Assembly (NCBI RefSeq): GCF_009914755.1
Contig: NC_060936.1
Reading direction: 5' to 3' (one strand)
Origin: the human T2T-CHM13v2.0 reference genome, Homo sapiens
DNA: 64,000 nt
Shown in pieces: positions 34,545 to 48,840 of the stretch; position 1 is the first letter of the stretch, and each line of letters opens with the position of its first letter. The notes under the pieces are model-generated. The model did not search any database and had not been told where the DNA came from. It saw nothing but the letters and a program-made list of their open reading frames with translations. The position numbers were made by a program, and so were the translations under genes.

Positions 34545-35681
34545 ATGGCCAAAATAATATATATATTTCTTTTCTCATCTATTCCTGACTAGGTCCTTTC
34601 TGAATTTTTTCCATACTTTCAACCTGCCCCACAAAAGGCAGCACTTACTCGTATTTCTTATCCTGTTATTTAAAAATTAATTTTGCTTGAGTTTGAGAAT
34701 AATAGTCAATAGGCAGGGGACAAACAGGCCATCAACAGCATCCTTTATTTTGACAGAAATTATTCTGAATCAAACTTACCTTGTCATGGGTATAATTACA
34801 TGATCTCAAAAAGAATTAAAAATCTCTATCACTTGAACCACAGTTTCCCTTAGCATATTTAATATACTTCATTTTTGTCAGCTAACAAATGTCAGCTAAT
34901 ATTTTTACCATCAAGAAGAATATCCTTTGGCAAAAGTATCTCTGTTTCATTAGTACATATTGAGAGAGTTGGACACTATGGCTTCCCAACTTGCTCAGGA
35001 ATGCGGAAGCTAGGGTACCCTGATAGGTAATCTTCTGTTTTGATACTTATATCCTGACTGTACACAGTGTCAAATCTGGGTCTTGACCTAGCAGGCAAAC
35101 ATTAACACAACATGAAGGAAGGAAAAAGTCATTTATGAAACTACAATGGCTGCAGTAGTTATTTGGTAGTCCTCTTTTTAAAAATTTCCTTTTAATTGAA
35201 ATGAAAGTTTATAAGTGATCATACTGTAAATGATATAACATTTTATAATGTTTTATTAAAAAACCCAAACACTCCAGGAGTGAATTAAATGTAAATTGAA
35301 ATCTCCCTCTCTCTACAATCCCACTTGCCTCATCATTTCCTCTATTCCTTAGAAATCCACCGACAACAATTTAATTAGAACTCAAATACTGTCACTCATA
35401 AAACGCGTATGTGTACTTTTTTTAAAAATGGGATTATGCTAATTATGATTTGTAGTGACCTGATATTTCATTTGAAAATACATTGGATATCTTGCCATCA
35501 TTTAAAATGACTGTAAAATGTTAATTTTAACCAGCATTTTTATAAAACATATCTATTGAAAATTTAAGTCATTACCATCTTTGCATTTTTTATAAACTTG
35601 TATAATGAACAGCTTTGCAAATATTAGTTAGCACACTTGTTCAATTATTTAATAGAGATCTAATCTGAGGAGTTGAGAATT

Positions 35682-35895
35682 TTCAACTCTTTCTCAGGAC
35701 CATTCCTTTGGAGTGATTTTGTAAATGTAGGTTATTTTTGGTTGTATCAATGATGGAGACATGACAAGCACTTACAAGTAAAGGGTAGAGATCACATGCA
35801 GCATGCATTGGGCCAAACAGTGCATTGAGACAAACAGTCCTATATAAGGAAGAATTGCTTCGTATGAAGGCCCAATAGTACCTCTTGGAGAAATA
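35682..35895. mobile_element. MER20-like hAT element
   Basis: ttttggttgtatcaatga...cagtcctatataaggaagaattgc...ccaatagtacctcttggagaaa. Confidence 0.5.
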
Positions 35896-36007
35896 TGGCA
35901 ACGTGTAGCATTTCACTGTCTACTTTAAGAAATGTTGCACTATTTGTGCATTTTACAATAAATATCTATTGATCTTATAATCTGCAAAACAATATACTAT
36001 TATTTAA

Positions 36008-36336
<329 letters not shown>

Positions 36337-36379
36337 TATTATTTTAAGGATTTAATCTTCTCCCATCCCAACAGCAATG

Positions 36380-38191
36380 GAATTTTTCAATAAATCCAAA
36401 ACATTGTTTCTTTGAAAAGACAAATAAATTAGATGACAAAAAAGAGAGAGCCTATTAAAATATAACAAGAAAAATGGAAAACTGGATAATTGAAAATTTC
36501 AAAAGAATGCAATATGTACCTTTTGGTCATTATATTTGAAAATATATATGAAGAGGTTAATTTTTTAGGGAAAATTTAACTATAAAAATAAATCTAGAGA
36601 AATGAGAACATTTGAAGATACCAACAACAGAAAAAATGAAACCGGTGTAAAGTTATAGCACCTTTAAAAGCTCAAGGCCCAGCTGTGTCTCAAGCAGGTC
36701 CTCTTAAACTTAATGGAAAAGTTAATTCCTGTGTTGTTCAAACTACTATTTTGGTTAATGGGAGCAAAGGGAGCATATCTCTCCCTCCATTTATTTCTTA
36801 AAACAACTGAAAACCAAAAGAAAAATCAGTGTACAAAGAAAAGAAACTCCACCAATTTTGTTAAAAATAAACACCATTAAAAATTATAAACCAAACTTTG
36901 AAGACTAGTTGTTAGTTCCATAACAATTTAGACTTTCTTCAAACAATGGTGAAGGTAGATTCAGACACCTGAGCAAATATGGCATGTTAAACACATAGAG
37001 AGACTAATTTTCCCACCTGAAACTATAACATGATGGCAAATGGCTTATTCAAGTGATATGAAAAGAAAACAGCAACATTTTTGAAAATAGGAAGTCCATA
37101 AATGGCTGGTAACTGACTTAGCTTACCAAAAAGTGCAAAAGTGTAAGTAGCGGGGAAATCTGATTCTACAAAATGTTCATAAATTGGTTGCATGGGATAC
37201 CTCTGAAAGTAGAAGTAAAGGTAGGGCTAAAACCCAGGAAGATTGGTTGAAAGACTGTTTCCAATGCCCGCGCCATCAAGCCTCATTAATGCCTCTAGGT
37301 TCTGCTGGTGGAAAAGTAGACATTTACAGTCTAGAGAGGTAACAGGGAATCTTAGTACAGGCAATATCATCTTCAAAGGTCATACATAAATTAGGGGGGC
37401 AAAATGAACAGTAACTACTGAAAGCTAGATCTCCCCAATTTTCACCTCTATCTAGATTCAAAACATAACAGTCTATTAGTCTTATATCCTCAGAGAAGAC
37501 TGGAAGACTCTAGTTGGAAGATCATGATCAGCCCAAAGGAATAGACCAGTGGATATGTCATGAGGAGCTTTTCTGGGAAAACTTCTCGACCTGATTGCCC
37601 TGTCTGGAAGCCACAGTTGACAATTATTACCTAAGAACCTGAAGCTTACCATAAACATTTATTGTATTGCTCTTGAACACAAACAGATAACCAACAATCA
37701 TGAGATTCTAGGTACAGCCAATAACAAACAAACACAGAAACAAAAAATAAACAAAAAAACTGAAAGTAAACAGAGTCTATACAGTGTGGGGAAAAAGTAA
37801 TTATTAATTTCCTCAGAGAGGGAAGATAAGATAATACAACAAGGACAAGGTGTGATATAAAATGGATATTCAAAAAAATAGAATTCTTAAAATTTAAGAA
37901 ATTTATTGCAGAAATATATAACTTAATGGGAGATTTGGAAGGTAAAGCTGACTGCATCTCCAGAAAAGTTAGTGTAAACAGAGTTGGGAATGAGAAAGGG
38001 AAAGTTTAATGAATTAAATAATTGGTCTTATAGGGCCAGCAACAAAATAAAGGCATTTGGGAAAAGAAAAAAGTACAATGAAGTATGATATATGTAAATA
38101 ATTTTTTGAAATGGGTAAGAGTTAAAGTGTATGAATTTCAGATTGAATGGTCCACCAGAATTCAAGCCAGTGGTGAAAATAGACCTAGACC

Positions 38192-38234
<43 letters not shown>

Positions 38235-38835
38235 CAGCACACTCCAGAAAAAAAAAAAGAAGACACTTCAAATTTCCAGATAAGAGAAATAAAAATGGTC
38301 ACTAGAAGCCAAGAAAAGCATTATAAATTGCAAAACAAATTATTTCTAATGCAGAATAGTATCTCCAACCAAACTGTAAATCAGATAGGAGGAAACAATA
38401 ATAAACATTTACAGCGTGGCAAGATTCTAAAACTCTACATCCAATACATCCTATCTCAGGAATTTACTTGAGAAGAGTTTCACTAAAATGAGGAAGTAAA
38501 TGAAGAAAGAGTAGGGTATAAAGTACAGGGAATCTCCTGGTTATTAGATGTACAGTATGTGTACACAGCAACCTGTGTAAATTAGAGCTATCTAGAAAAA
38601 AAATTTCAAAAAGATAAATCTGATAAAATGTCTAATGCTTCTGAATGCATTAGGAGACTCATTGGAAAACTGGGGTAGAGTTTGGAGTTGGTACTTTGAT
38701 ACATACATAGAAAAATGAACAAAACAAAAATTTTCAAAAATTGTCAGTTTAAGGAAAAAAATGTTGTGTAGAAATGAAATTCAATCATTTATGCTCCATG
38801 TTTCAGGTGTGAGTAACATTTACCTAATTATAACA
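36380..38835 (+). mobile_element. Very old L1M/HAL1-like fragments
   Basis: A-rich sense strand with gaatttcagattgaatgg..ccaccagaa..tgaaaatagacc and ORF1-like motifs; boundaries approximate. Confidence 0.5.
38194..38233. repeat. (CA)n microsatellite
   Basis: About 20 CA units. Confidence 0.97.
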
Positions 38836-38842
38836 GTACTAG

Positions 38843-39091
38843 CGTTACTGGAAAAAGAGGTCCCGATCCACACTTCAAGAGTGGGTTCTTGGGCCTCACA
38901 CAGGAAAGAATTCAAGGTGAGTCACAGAGTACAATGAGAAGACATAGTTTATTGAAAGCTACTGCCTTTTAGATTAGGGCGTCCTCAGAAAGCAAGCGAA
39001 GGAATGCACCCTCTTTGTTTTTAGTTTTTCTGTTATAGGAGTTTTGTCTATGTAAAGACTAAATTGAATTGTCTATGTAAAGACTAAATTG
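38843..39091 (-). mobile_element. Truncated ERV1 LTR (MER61/MER83/LTR25 group)
   Basis: gttactggaaaaagaggtcccgatccacacttcaagagtgggttcttgg..aggaaagaattcaaggtgagtc. Confidence 0.7.
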
Positions 39092-40386
39092 GAAACAGAA
39101 TAACAAGAAGAAGGAATTTATGCATAATCTTCAAATCATGAGGAGTAAAATTCATACAAGACCTATTGCTTAAAGAGTTTCATAGTGGTTACCAGTGGGC
39201 ATTTTGTGATGTTTATCAATGTGATTCTTGAATGTAAAAAGGACTACTTACAAGATTTCATATTCTGAATTAATATGCAGCATATTATGTTAAATTGCTA
39301 CCCAATTTAAAAAATTTTTGAGTTTAAATTAGAAATCTTATTGTTCTAGTTATAAATCTAGTGCATTAAAAATTATTTTTAAGGGTGACTTTGATTAATG
39401 TTTGGTCCATTTACAACTTAGTTAATTAAACTCCCTTAAAGATTTTAAACTATATTTATAAATTTAATATGTTGAATTATCTTTGTGAACATTTTAATTA
39501 TTGGACTAACAAATAAAGCCTTCAGAGTACTTAAACAACCCTTATAGAGCTAATAAATTAAACTCACAAAATCATGAATCTTAAATTATCTTCAGTGTTA
39601 AACCACAACTGGCAACTTGGTAAAACTGCTTATAATTTCAACTAAAAAAAAAACCCAATATCTAAAATATTCTGTTACACATTTAAAATTGGAATGTAAA
39701 ATGCTAATCTATATTTAAATACTAATACAATTATAAATAAATATCACATCTCTTAAGTATACATATTATAGTTTTCATATACTTCATCATCTCTAAACTT
39801 TTTTTCAATGTTTTCCTGGGATAAAAAAATCATAAAAACAATTACATTCTCTTAAGCAAATGGGGTTATCATATCAGTGAGTTGTGGCTACTTTTTCAGA
39901 TTGTTTACCTATCAGAGATTTTGACTGGAAAATGAGATCTGGAGCTTCAGATATTCAGGGTAATTGTTTATTTTTCCCTCATTAATATGGGAACAAATTC
40001 TAACGTTGTAAAATTTATGTTAATAGAGTTTCCAAGCCCATGAACTCTAAGTGAAATGGCCATGCAATCCATGTTTTCTAGATCCGTGTTGCCTACATCT
40101 TTAGCTTGATTTTAATATCTAACCTCCCTACTCTGATTGTTTAGGTACTAGATTAAATTCAAAAATATATTTACTGTATGATTCTTGACAAAGTTCTTTT
40201 TATATTCTTCATACCTGGTGAAGTCATAACTTTTCTAGATATTTAAATGACATACACATGTATTATTTAATCTCATGTGTATATCTGATTCTGTGGTCAC
40301 ATTTCCCAAGGCCAGATAAATGACTGTAGCCAGATAGAGGTAGGGCTAGGTGTAAAAAGAGATATTCCCACAGATTATATAGTTGC

Positions 40387-41156
40387 TGTGTGGAGAAAAC
40401 TCTCTATGTTTTTCCTCTAGCCTCACACCACAAAGATCAATCAGCAACACAGAAGACTTCTGTGACCGAATGTGTGGGTTTTTTCCTCCATACATACACC
40501 AAGGAGCAGATGCCAGCTGAGTGTCCTCTAATTCAGTTCTGACACTACACTGTCTACCTGGAGATAGTGTCAGATCTCACAGGTCAGTCCCCAAGACTGC
40601 CCACCCTCAACCTACCAGCCACAAGTCCAGGCCTCTGAACTTCTGACCTACTGGCTTCAAGTTGGGTTCTCCTGACCCCCTCTTTGGGTTTGATTAATTT
40701 GTTGGAGTGGCTCACAGAACTCAGGGAAACACTTACATTTCCTGGTGTATTATAAAGGATATTGCAAAGGATATAGATGAAGAGACACTTAGAATAATGC
40801 ATGGGGGAAGGGAGCAGAGCTTCCATGCCATCCCTGGGTGAGCCACCCTCCAGGAACATCCATGTGTTCAACTACATAGAAACTCATTAAACCCTGTCCT
40901 CCTGGATTTTCATGGAAGTTTCATGATATCAGCATTCCTCCCTCCAGGGTATAGGGTGGGACTCTCTCCTGAGATGGTTTTAAGACCCACAACCAGAAAG
41001 GCAGGAACATAAAAATGAAAAAAGACCAAGAGAAGGTGAGAGGCCTGCTCCTGAGGCCTAACACACCCAATATTATAACAAAACACTGTAACAAGTGCTA
41101 GGGGCGTTATAAGCCAGGAACTGTGGATGAAAACCAATATATATCATAACACCACA
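40387..41156 (-). mobile_element. MER21 solo LTR
   Basis: tgtg...acacagaagacttctgtgacc...ctacctggagatagtgtcagatc...atatcataacaccaca; 5-bp TSD GTTGC. Confidence 0.9.
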
Positions 41157-43769
41157 GTTGCTGAGAAAATATTCATGGAAAATAGACCTAAATTGATACT
41201 GCCTATTGACATAATTTACTTTACTGATCTTTTCCTTCACTATTTTAATAAATAGCTCAGACAATAATGAGTCCCATTCAAAGATAATAATAGAAAAGAT
41301 ACCAGCACTGTGCCTGTGTAACATATATTTCATGTTAGAGAAAAGCAACAGACAATATAGTATTAAAAGACAGAAAAAAATTACATGTCACATTGACTAT
41401 CATTGAATCACAAAGTGAATACAAATTTTTAATGCATTGTTTCATTAAATCAAACTCCCCTTCCTGCACCAACACAACTGCTCTGATGTAAGTGACCTAA
41501 AAAGACATAAATAGGTTTTAAAGCAGATATAAGATAAATGCAATATATGTAGTGTGAGCTTAGGGAAAGATAAAAGGGAAAATATCTTTTATCTGAGAAA
41601 TATATACCACACTAGAAACAGCAAAAATGAAGAATAGATATTATCAAAATTTACTCAAATAAATGGTGTATAAGAAAAAAATCGAGCAAAACAAAATGGA
41701 AAAGAATAAATAAATAACAAGGGTAGAACAATATTTATAGTTGGTTGAAGACAGACAAAGCTGACCTAACATGTTACCATGTATATTTTATCCAGTTTTC
41801 CAATTTTGTGTTTATTGCTGGAAGGTTATTTTGGTCAGAGTTATTTCACCATATCAGTAAGTATAATTCTCCAAGCTCACACCCCTTGCTTTTTGTATCT
41901 TATTTTTTATCCTATTATTACATATTTTATAATATTATATATTCCATACTGAATTATACAGTAAATAAAAATCAAATATGAACACAACAATTTCATAGAA
42001 ATAGTGAGGTTTTTTTTTTTTAATTAAAGCAGAAGTTCATGACTTGAAAATAGAATGATGCAGTAAAGAAATAAACTCCAGAACTCATTTTATGGAAAAA
42101 GTGAAAACAATTTGCAATATTAAAATAATTAATCAGAACCTCAATCCAGATTAAGAAGGAATAGAGAACATATATTAAAATTGGAAGGCAATGAAAATAT
42201 AATCACAGATATTGATCAAGTAATTAGATAAGATCATTTTCTTAATTTTACACAAATATATTGGTAACCCTGGATTATATTATTTTTTCCATATGAAAAT
42301 ATAAGTGACCAAAATGACAAGAGTTATAAAATCTCAGTATCTTATTAATGCAGAAAAAGATGTTAAAGATATAAAATTCTGAACATTCTCCTCTCAACAA
42401 ACAGACAAATCAGAAAGCATGAACATTTTCAAGAAGAAATGTATCAAGACATGAAAGTACTGATAACTCAATGCTGTTTAAAGTTTTCCTCTTCTAATTC
42501 TAGCTATGACAAGTTAATTTGTATCAGGCCATCCCACCTGGCAAGAACAATTATGAAAGCTGGATAAAATTAATTAAAAATAAGTAGCTATTTAAGGGCT
42601 TCTGATAGCAATCAAAGCATCCAGAACTTGAGTGTGTAAGCTCCCAGAAAGAAGAGAAACACACTGAAGTGATTTCAACATTCTCCACAACCTTTCATTT
42701 GGATACATTTGCTGAGCTGATAGCCAAGAAGAAAATCGTAGCTCAGAGATTTTAGAAATCTTATAGGCCTGCATAGACAAAGATTGGAATTCATGACTAT
42801 CATGGTGGCCAGGGCTTGAGAAAGGGCCAGTAGAAACAAAACAATTTCATTTTGTTTTTCCTTCATGGCATTTTCTGATTCTTTAGTTGCAGAAGGTGAG
42901 CAATAAAGAAGCTTAGAATAAAATGGAGCTACCTGACTAAAAGGAAGTTAAGCAGACCTCTCAGCAAAAGGATAGACAAAATTGGAGTTCAACAAGGAAC
43001 AGAGGACCTAGAAATCTCCCTAGGCATTAAGACCCCTAAAAAGCTAATCCCTAGCTGAAAAGGCAAACTAGAAATGCACCAGCTGCCACAAAAACTGAAA
43101 TCTAGCCTCAAGACATTTCAGCCTGATTGGACCAAGAAGATCTACCTCTAAGCCAGAAGAAAACTACAATTTCTTTGGAGGGAGATCCCATCTAAAGACT
43201 TTTTCTCTTAGATCAATGTCTGGCTTTTGATCAAAAATAACCAGGCATATCAGTCAGCAGGGCTAAATGATGCATGCACACACATGTTCAGGCACACACA
43301 GACAGAGCAAGAGTGACAGTGAGAGGGAGAGGAGAAATCTATAGCTTTAGATGTTTCCATGTACAGAAAATAAAAACAATTCCAAATATATTTATGAATA
43401 AATATTGTATTTATAGTAAACTTGACCAAAGCTGAACACATGTGTTCTCTTCCCATCCCTCTCCCTTCGTCTCTCTCATATACACTACATACAATAAAAT
43501 ACAGGTCTATTCCACTAATAAATATTACTGCAAATATTCTAAAGCTGTACTTTACAATTAAAAGTTGCAATCCCATTAAAATCATACTTCACAATCAAGT
43601 AGTGTTCATGTTAGTAAGCAAGAATGGATGACTATTAGGAAATAGTTTACTATAATTTATCATGTTAATAGAAAAACAATAATCTCCAGAAACTTCAACA
43701 TATATTACCAATTAAATAATATTAATAGAATAGTATTATAATGAGAGAGATGTAATTTAACCCAAAATT

Positions 43770-44085
43770 CAGAATTTATGTGATGATGTTTGGGTACAGG
43801 GCCTTTGGGAAGTAACAAGTTTTAGATGATGTCATAAGGGCAGGGTTCTCATGATGGAATTAGTTCCCTTATAACATAGACACCAGAGAGCTTGCTCTCT
43901 TTCCCTGCAATGTGAGGACAGAGTGAGAGAACTTGACTGTCTGCAAGAGAACGCTCACCAGATAGCAAACATTCACAGATCCTGATCTTGGACTTTCCAG
44001 CCTCCAGATGTGTAAGAAAATACATTTCTGTTTAAACCAAACAGTCTGTGGTATTTTGTGATGGCAGTTCAAGCAGACTAAGACA
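43770..44085 (+). mobile_element. MLT1A0-type LTR
   Basis: gggcctttgggaagtaa...atcttggactttccagcctccaga...cagactaagaca. Confidence 0.85.
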
Positions 44086-45859
44086 AGTAATGACACCATT
44101 CATAATTGTTCCCATCTACCAGTCACCAAAACAAGTTCTAACAAGATTAAAGAATAAATTCCCCCAAAAGGTAAACTTAAAGCCTGAAAATTAGAATAAA
44201 TTGTAAATAAAGATTAAAAATATAACTGGAGGCAATCAAAAATATATATATCCTAAGGAGATTGTTAAAGCTATATGAAAAATGTAAGCTAAAAATCTCC
44301 TTGGAGCACTATTCATAAATCTAAATAATTGTAAATAATAACTGGGCTATGGTTATGTTGATTATGGTAAATCCATATATGTTAACATAATGTGGTAATT
44401 TGTAAATGTTTATAAAGCATTTTTGTATATTTGCAAAACAGTTTGAAGTGTCAAATTAAAAATCCTGAATACAAAATTACATGTAAGTTATAATCCCAAG
44501 TATGTTTGAAAAAATACATATTAAAATAATGGAAGTAAATGCAACAAACTATTCATAGTAGAATTTTATTTTACAGCAACTCAAAATAATGAAACAAATC
44601 CTCTGGCTTACAACTTTCAACTAGGTATTGTGATTTTCTTGCTATTCCATTCAGTAGGATATAGGTGGCATGGTTGTATTCTCAGTTTGTCAGTGTTCTC
44701 CTGGCATCATTATTAATAGTGTCCCTATCACTTTCACAAGTTTCCTAGTTTGCAGAATAAATTATATGGTTATCTGAGATATGGGAAATCTAATTTTCTT
44801 CCTTCTTCCCCAGTAATAATCTATACAATTCTGGACAACTCACCTATCCATAAAACAATTTGATCTCTACCCTAAAATAGATATATCTCTGCTAGTTAAC
44901 TTCATAGAAATATTGTAAAGATTAATGAGAAGATGCTTGGAAAATACTTTGAGCTCATCAGAGAAAAGTGCTATGATATTGCCACTAATAAATTTATTTA
45001 CTAGCTTGCTGAGTAGAAAGTCAAGGGAAATCAAGATTTTGTGGGTATCAGCGACAAAACCAAATCAATCATGCATGTTCTGGCAGCCCGTTTTATATAA
45101 GTTCCCCAGAGTATGGTAGCTAGTGAACATAGAACTTCTCCAAAATAAAAAATATATATATATATGAACATAGAACTTCTCTCTCTATATATATTATATA
45201 TATATAATTAGAAAAATTAGAGACACATAGGCTAAATTTTGACTCTATATAGGCTATTCAATTAGCAGCTATGAGTAAATGTATTGAAATTCTCTTTCTT
45301 GGTGAAAATATTGTGTTCCATCAAGCACTAACCATATGGAATGTTTGAAAGTTGAACAAAGACTGTTCATTAAGCTTGAAAGGGACAGATCTGAGCCAGC
45401 CAGCACTTTGTAACCTGGCAGTCAGGCCTCAAAATCAAGCCTATTATTTTAGTAGGCCAATTAAGTTTTTTAGAAACTCAGTGGAAAGGTGGCATCTTCA
45501 TACATTTTCAGCACCTTATAAATTAGGTACTTTTGCCTGGCACTAAAATATCCTTCTTGAACTTAAAAATCAAAATCAATAAATCAATCTACTTCTCAGG
45601 CAACAAAGAAGTAGATGAAAGGCAACAATGGGGCAGATTAAACTTCTAGCAATCAATCCCAAATATACAGGAACCTTAGTTTGATTAAGATGACAAAAAA
45701 ACACCTGGAGGAAGGGCACTCAAGTTTGGCTCATGGTCTCTTTGTTCTTCTTAAAATCTACATCCCTTGCATCAACTACAGTACTATAGCCGATGATTTG
45801 AAGTTGAAGCATAATATCTTATTTTTTCTGACATTGCAAATATATAACAGATCACTAAG

Positions 45860-46089
45860 TTTTTTTTTTTTTTTTGAGACGGAGTCTCGCTCTGTCACCC
45901 AGGCTGGAGTGCAGTGGCATGATCGTCACTGCAAACTCCACCTCCCGGCTTCATGCCATTCTCCTGCCTCAGCCTCCCTAGTAGCTAGGACTACAGGCAC
46001 CCGCCACCACGCCCGGCTAATTTTTTCTATTTTTCAGTAGAGACAGGGTTTCACCGTGTTAGCCAGGGTGGTCGCGATCTCCTGACCTC
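45860..46089 (-). mobile_element. 5'-truncated AluY-like
   Basis: gagacggagtctcgc, ccattctcctgcc, caccgtgttagccagg; imperfect TSD atcactaagt / atcacaaagt. Confidence 0.9.
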
Positions 46090-46135
46090 AATCACAAAGT
46101 TGATTATCTTTTCACTTGTCAAATTCTTACACTGT

Positions 46136-46356
46136 CTATCTAAAATTCATATCTTGACTTTTCATGTCTGTCTTCAAGAACAAATCATCTCTCTTCCCAC
46201 TCTCTGTCAATTTGATCTCTTTCTCTTTGCTTTGTTCTGGAGGAGAGAAAGGTGTATCTGTATTATTTTCTTCTTTGTCCGAATTAAACAGCTGTTCTTG
46301 GAGAGTGGTGAGCAGTTCTTTATGCGAAGGAGAACTAGTTACTTAGTTTTGTACCA
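46136..46356 (-). CDS. Putative terminal coding exon of an unidentified minus-strand gene or pseudogene (SPSHKELLTTLQEQLFNSDKEENNTDTPFSPPEQSKEKEIKLTESGKRDDLFLKTDMKSQDMNFR*)
   Basis: 65-codon stop-free, charged, non-repeat frame (46333 to 46136) preceded by pyrimidine tract ttttcttactttttttgtaag; acceptor and frame are ambiguous. Confidence 0.45.
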
Positions 46357-48840
46357 CTTACAAAAAAAGTAAGAAAATGCTGAAAACCAGTATCTTAAAA
46401 TGTTCATTTTATTTTAATTAGGGCACAGATATAAGGAAATATTTTTAGTTGAATAAGGAATAAAAATATTTGGTTATAAATCTTCAAGAATATTTATGTC
46501 TTAAAATTGTTTTTATATTTCTGTTTCTATGACATTCAAATGGGCAAAATTTTTTCTATAATTTAGACAGATTTACAAATAATTGCATAAATATGTCTAG
46601 AAATTGAAAAATTAAAAGAAAAATACAAAAATGAGAATGTGAATTGAACTTGAAAAATACCCTAATTGTGAAAATCAAACTTTCATAATATTATTTTAAT
46701 GTTTTCTGATTTGCATTTTGGGAATTCTTGCCGTCACTGTGTTTTTTTCCTTAGATTTTCTCTACATACTGTTCACAAAATTCAGTTAAAAACTATTTTA
46801 GAGATTGTCTAGGGAAAGGGCTGCATGCTCAGTCATTGACTGTTACTTACATTGGTACAATTAGGAGTATTAAATTTGAGTTCATTGGATTTATGCTTCT
46901 CCCCACACAGGCTGACTATTGGTAGCTGTTGCTGCTTGGAATACATATTGGCTTAATTAATCAGTACTATTTGGAATTCTGTGACAATGCAAACTAATTA
47001 TCAACTTTCCCTGATAAGAGACAATTTTGGCTCCTGATTATTTGCTTTTCCGTACATTTATATAACAGCAATCTCATGAAATCGAGCATTAGACCAGCAT
47101 GTTATTGATTTGCACGTTAGGCAATTTGCACCTCTGAATTGCTTTCCTTTCTGATATCCTCAGATGCAAAATATTGAAAAAGAGCATGCAGTCAGACCTT
47201 TATTTGATTGTTTGATAATTGTTTTTCCTCTCTGTTTCCATTAGCATTATTTGTGGAAGACCATAGCAGTGGGAGTTCTTGTCACAGACATCTTGTGACC
47301 TCTGTGTTTGGTAGCTATAGACTGCAATGAGTTTATCTCTTCATAGGGAAAATTGAGAAGAGATTATTGCTACCCACTACCCAAGCTCTGGTTTTCTTTA
47401 CAAAGCTTCTGCATAAATCACAACTACCTAGCTTCAATGATGGACCTAACTCTTGCTTGGGAGTGTGGCAGCAGAGTTGATGGTCGTGGATTTAAGCTAC
47501 AGTCTCATCACTAGTTTATTTATAGTAAACACTCTGGGGGTGACTTTTAGTGCTAGATTCTGTGCTAGACTCTGGTGTTGAAATATGTGTCAGCTATGGC
47601 CTCAGCTCTCAAGGGATTAGTTGTGTTTGTGTGTATTGTGTGTTTTGAGGGAGGCATTAGGTGTTGGTTGAAAGAATGAAGAAGGGGAGCAAGATTTGAG
47701 GAGAAAACAAACATGCACATGTACATGGTTTCATTGAATAATCTGCACTTCTGAATTGTCAATACATCCATCTGATTCAGTCATAATTGAATTAGAATCA
47801 TCCAGAGCAGCAGTGGAAAACATTGAATATTTTTTTTTCACACTGAAGCCAGAACTCTTGGGTACCATAACCCAGCAATATTGTTTGCTGGCTGTCACTT
47901 AAACTCACAAAACACCTATGTTTTATCATCTATAATAAATACAGATACAATATTCTGTTTTATATATATGTATATATCTTGCAAAATTATTGTGATGATG
48001 AAAAACGAAATGTAATACACACTGAATGATGCATAGTAGATGGTAAGCACTAAATAAATGGCTATGTAAGCAGTGATTCCGCTCTTTGTTATCTTCATTA
48101 TTACAATTTCTACATAGGTTTTATTTCAGTGATTTTTATAGTAATGACTTTGCTTATTTTATAGAAATAATTCATGCCAAAGAGTACAAAGAAAACAAAA
48201 TAAATCACCCCAAATTTTCAGAAACAACCAATGTTAACAGTTGGTAGAATTCATTTGGGTGGTTTTTTTTTTGTTTCTTCTTTGCACTTTTTGGTATTTT
48301 TCAAGTTTAAAAGGAATAAGCACATACAATTATTATAATAGCTGTAAAATAGTTATATGTGTTTCAAATTTCATACTCCAAAAAGTTTGGATATAGATGG
48401 AAGATGCATAACTATATGTATAGTGAGAGAGGGAGAAATAGCAGAATAGATAAAAAATAATTTTATAATAAAAGAATACTATATCTGCTTTTTTAATTGG
48501 AAGTATTAAATTTATCTATGTGACTGCATTATTTCCTAAAAGGTCACATTTAAAAAAAAATTAAAAAACATTAGAACATTGAGTCATTCTAATTTATTTC
48601 TTAAATTTTAATATATGTATATCTATGAATAATTTATTCATAAACATATATATGTAATGTCAAATCCTAAGAAAATGTATACACCTTAAAGAATTATCAC
48701 AAAACAAATACCTCCACAACTACCACTCAGAATAACATTTTTTTTTTGCAAAATAGATTACTACTCCTTCATTTGTCTTCAAAGATACCCACTATTCGGA
48801 ATTTACTTTTCTTAATGTTTTGATATTTACATACCTACTC

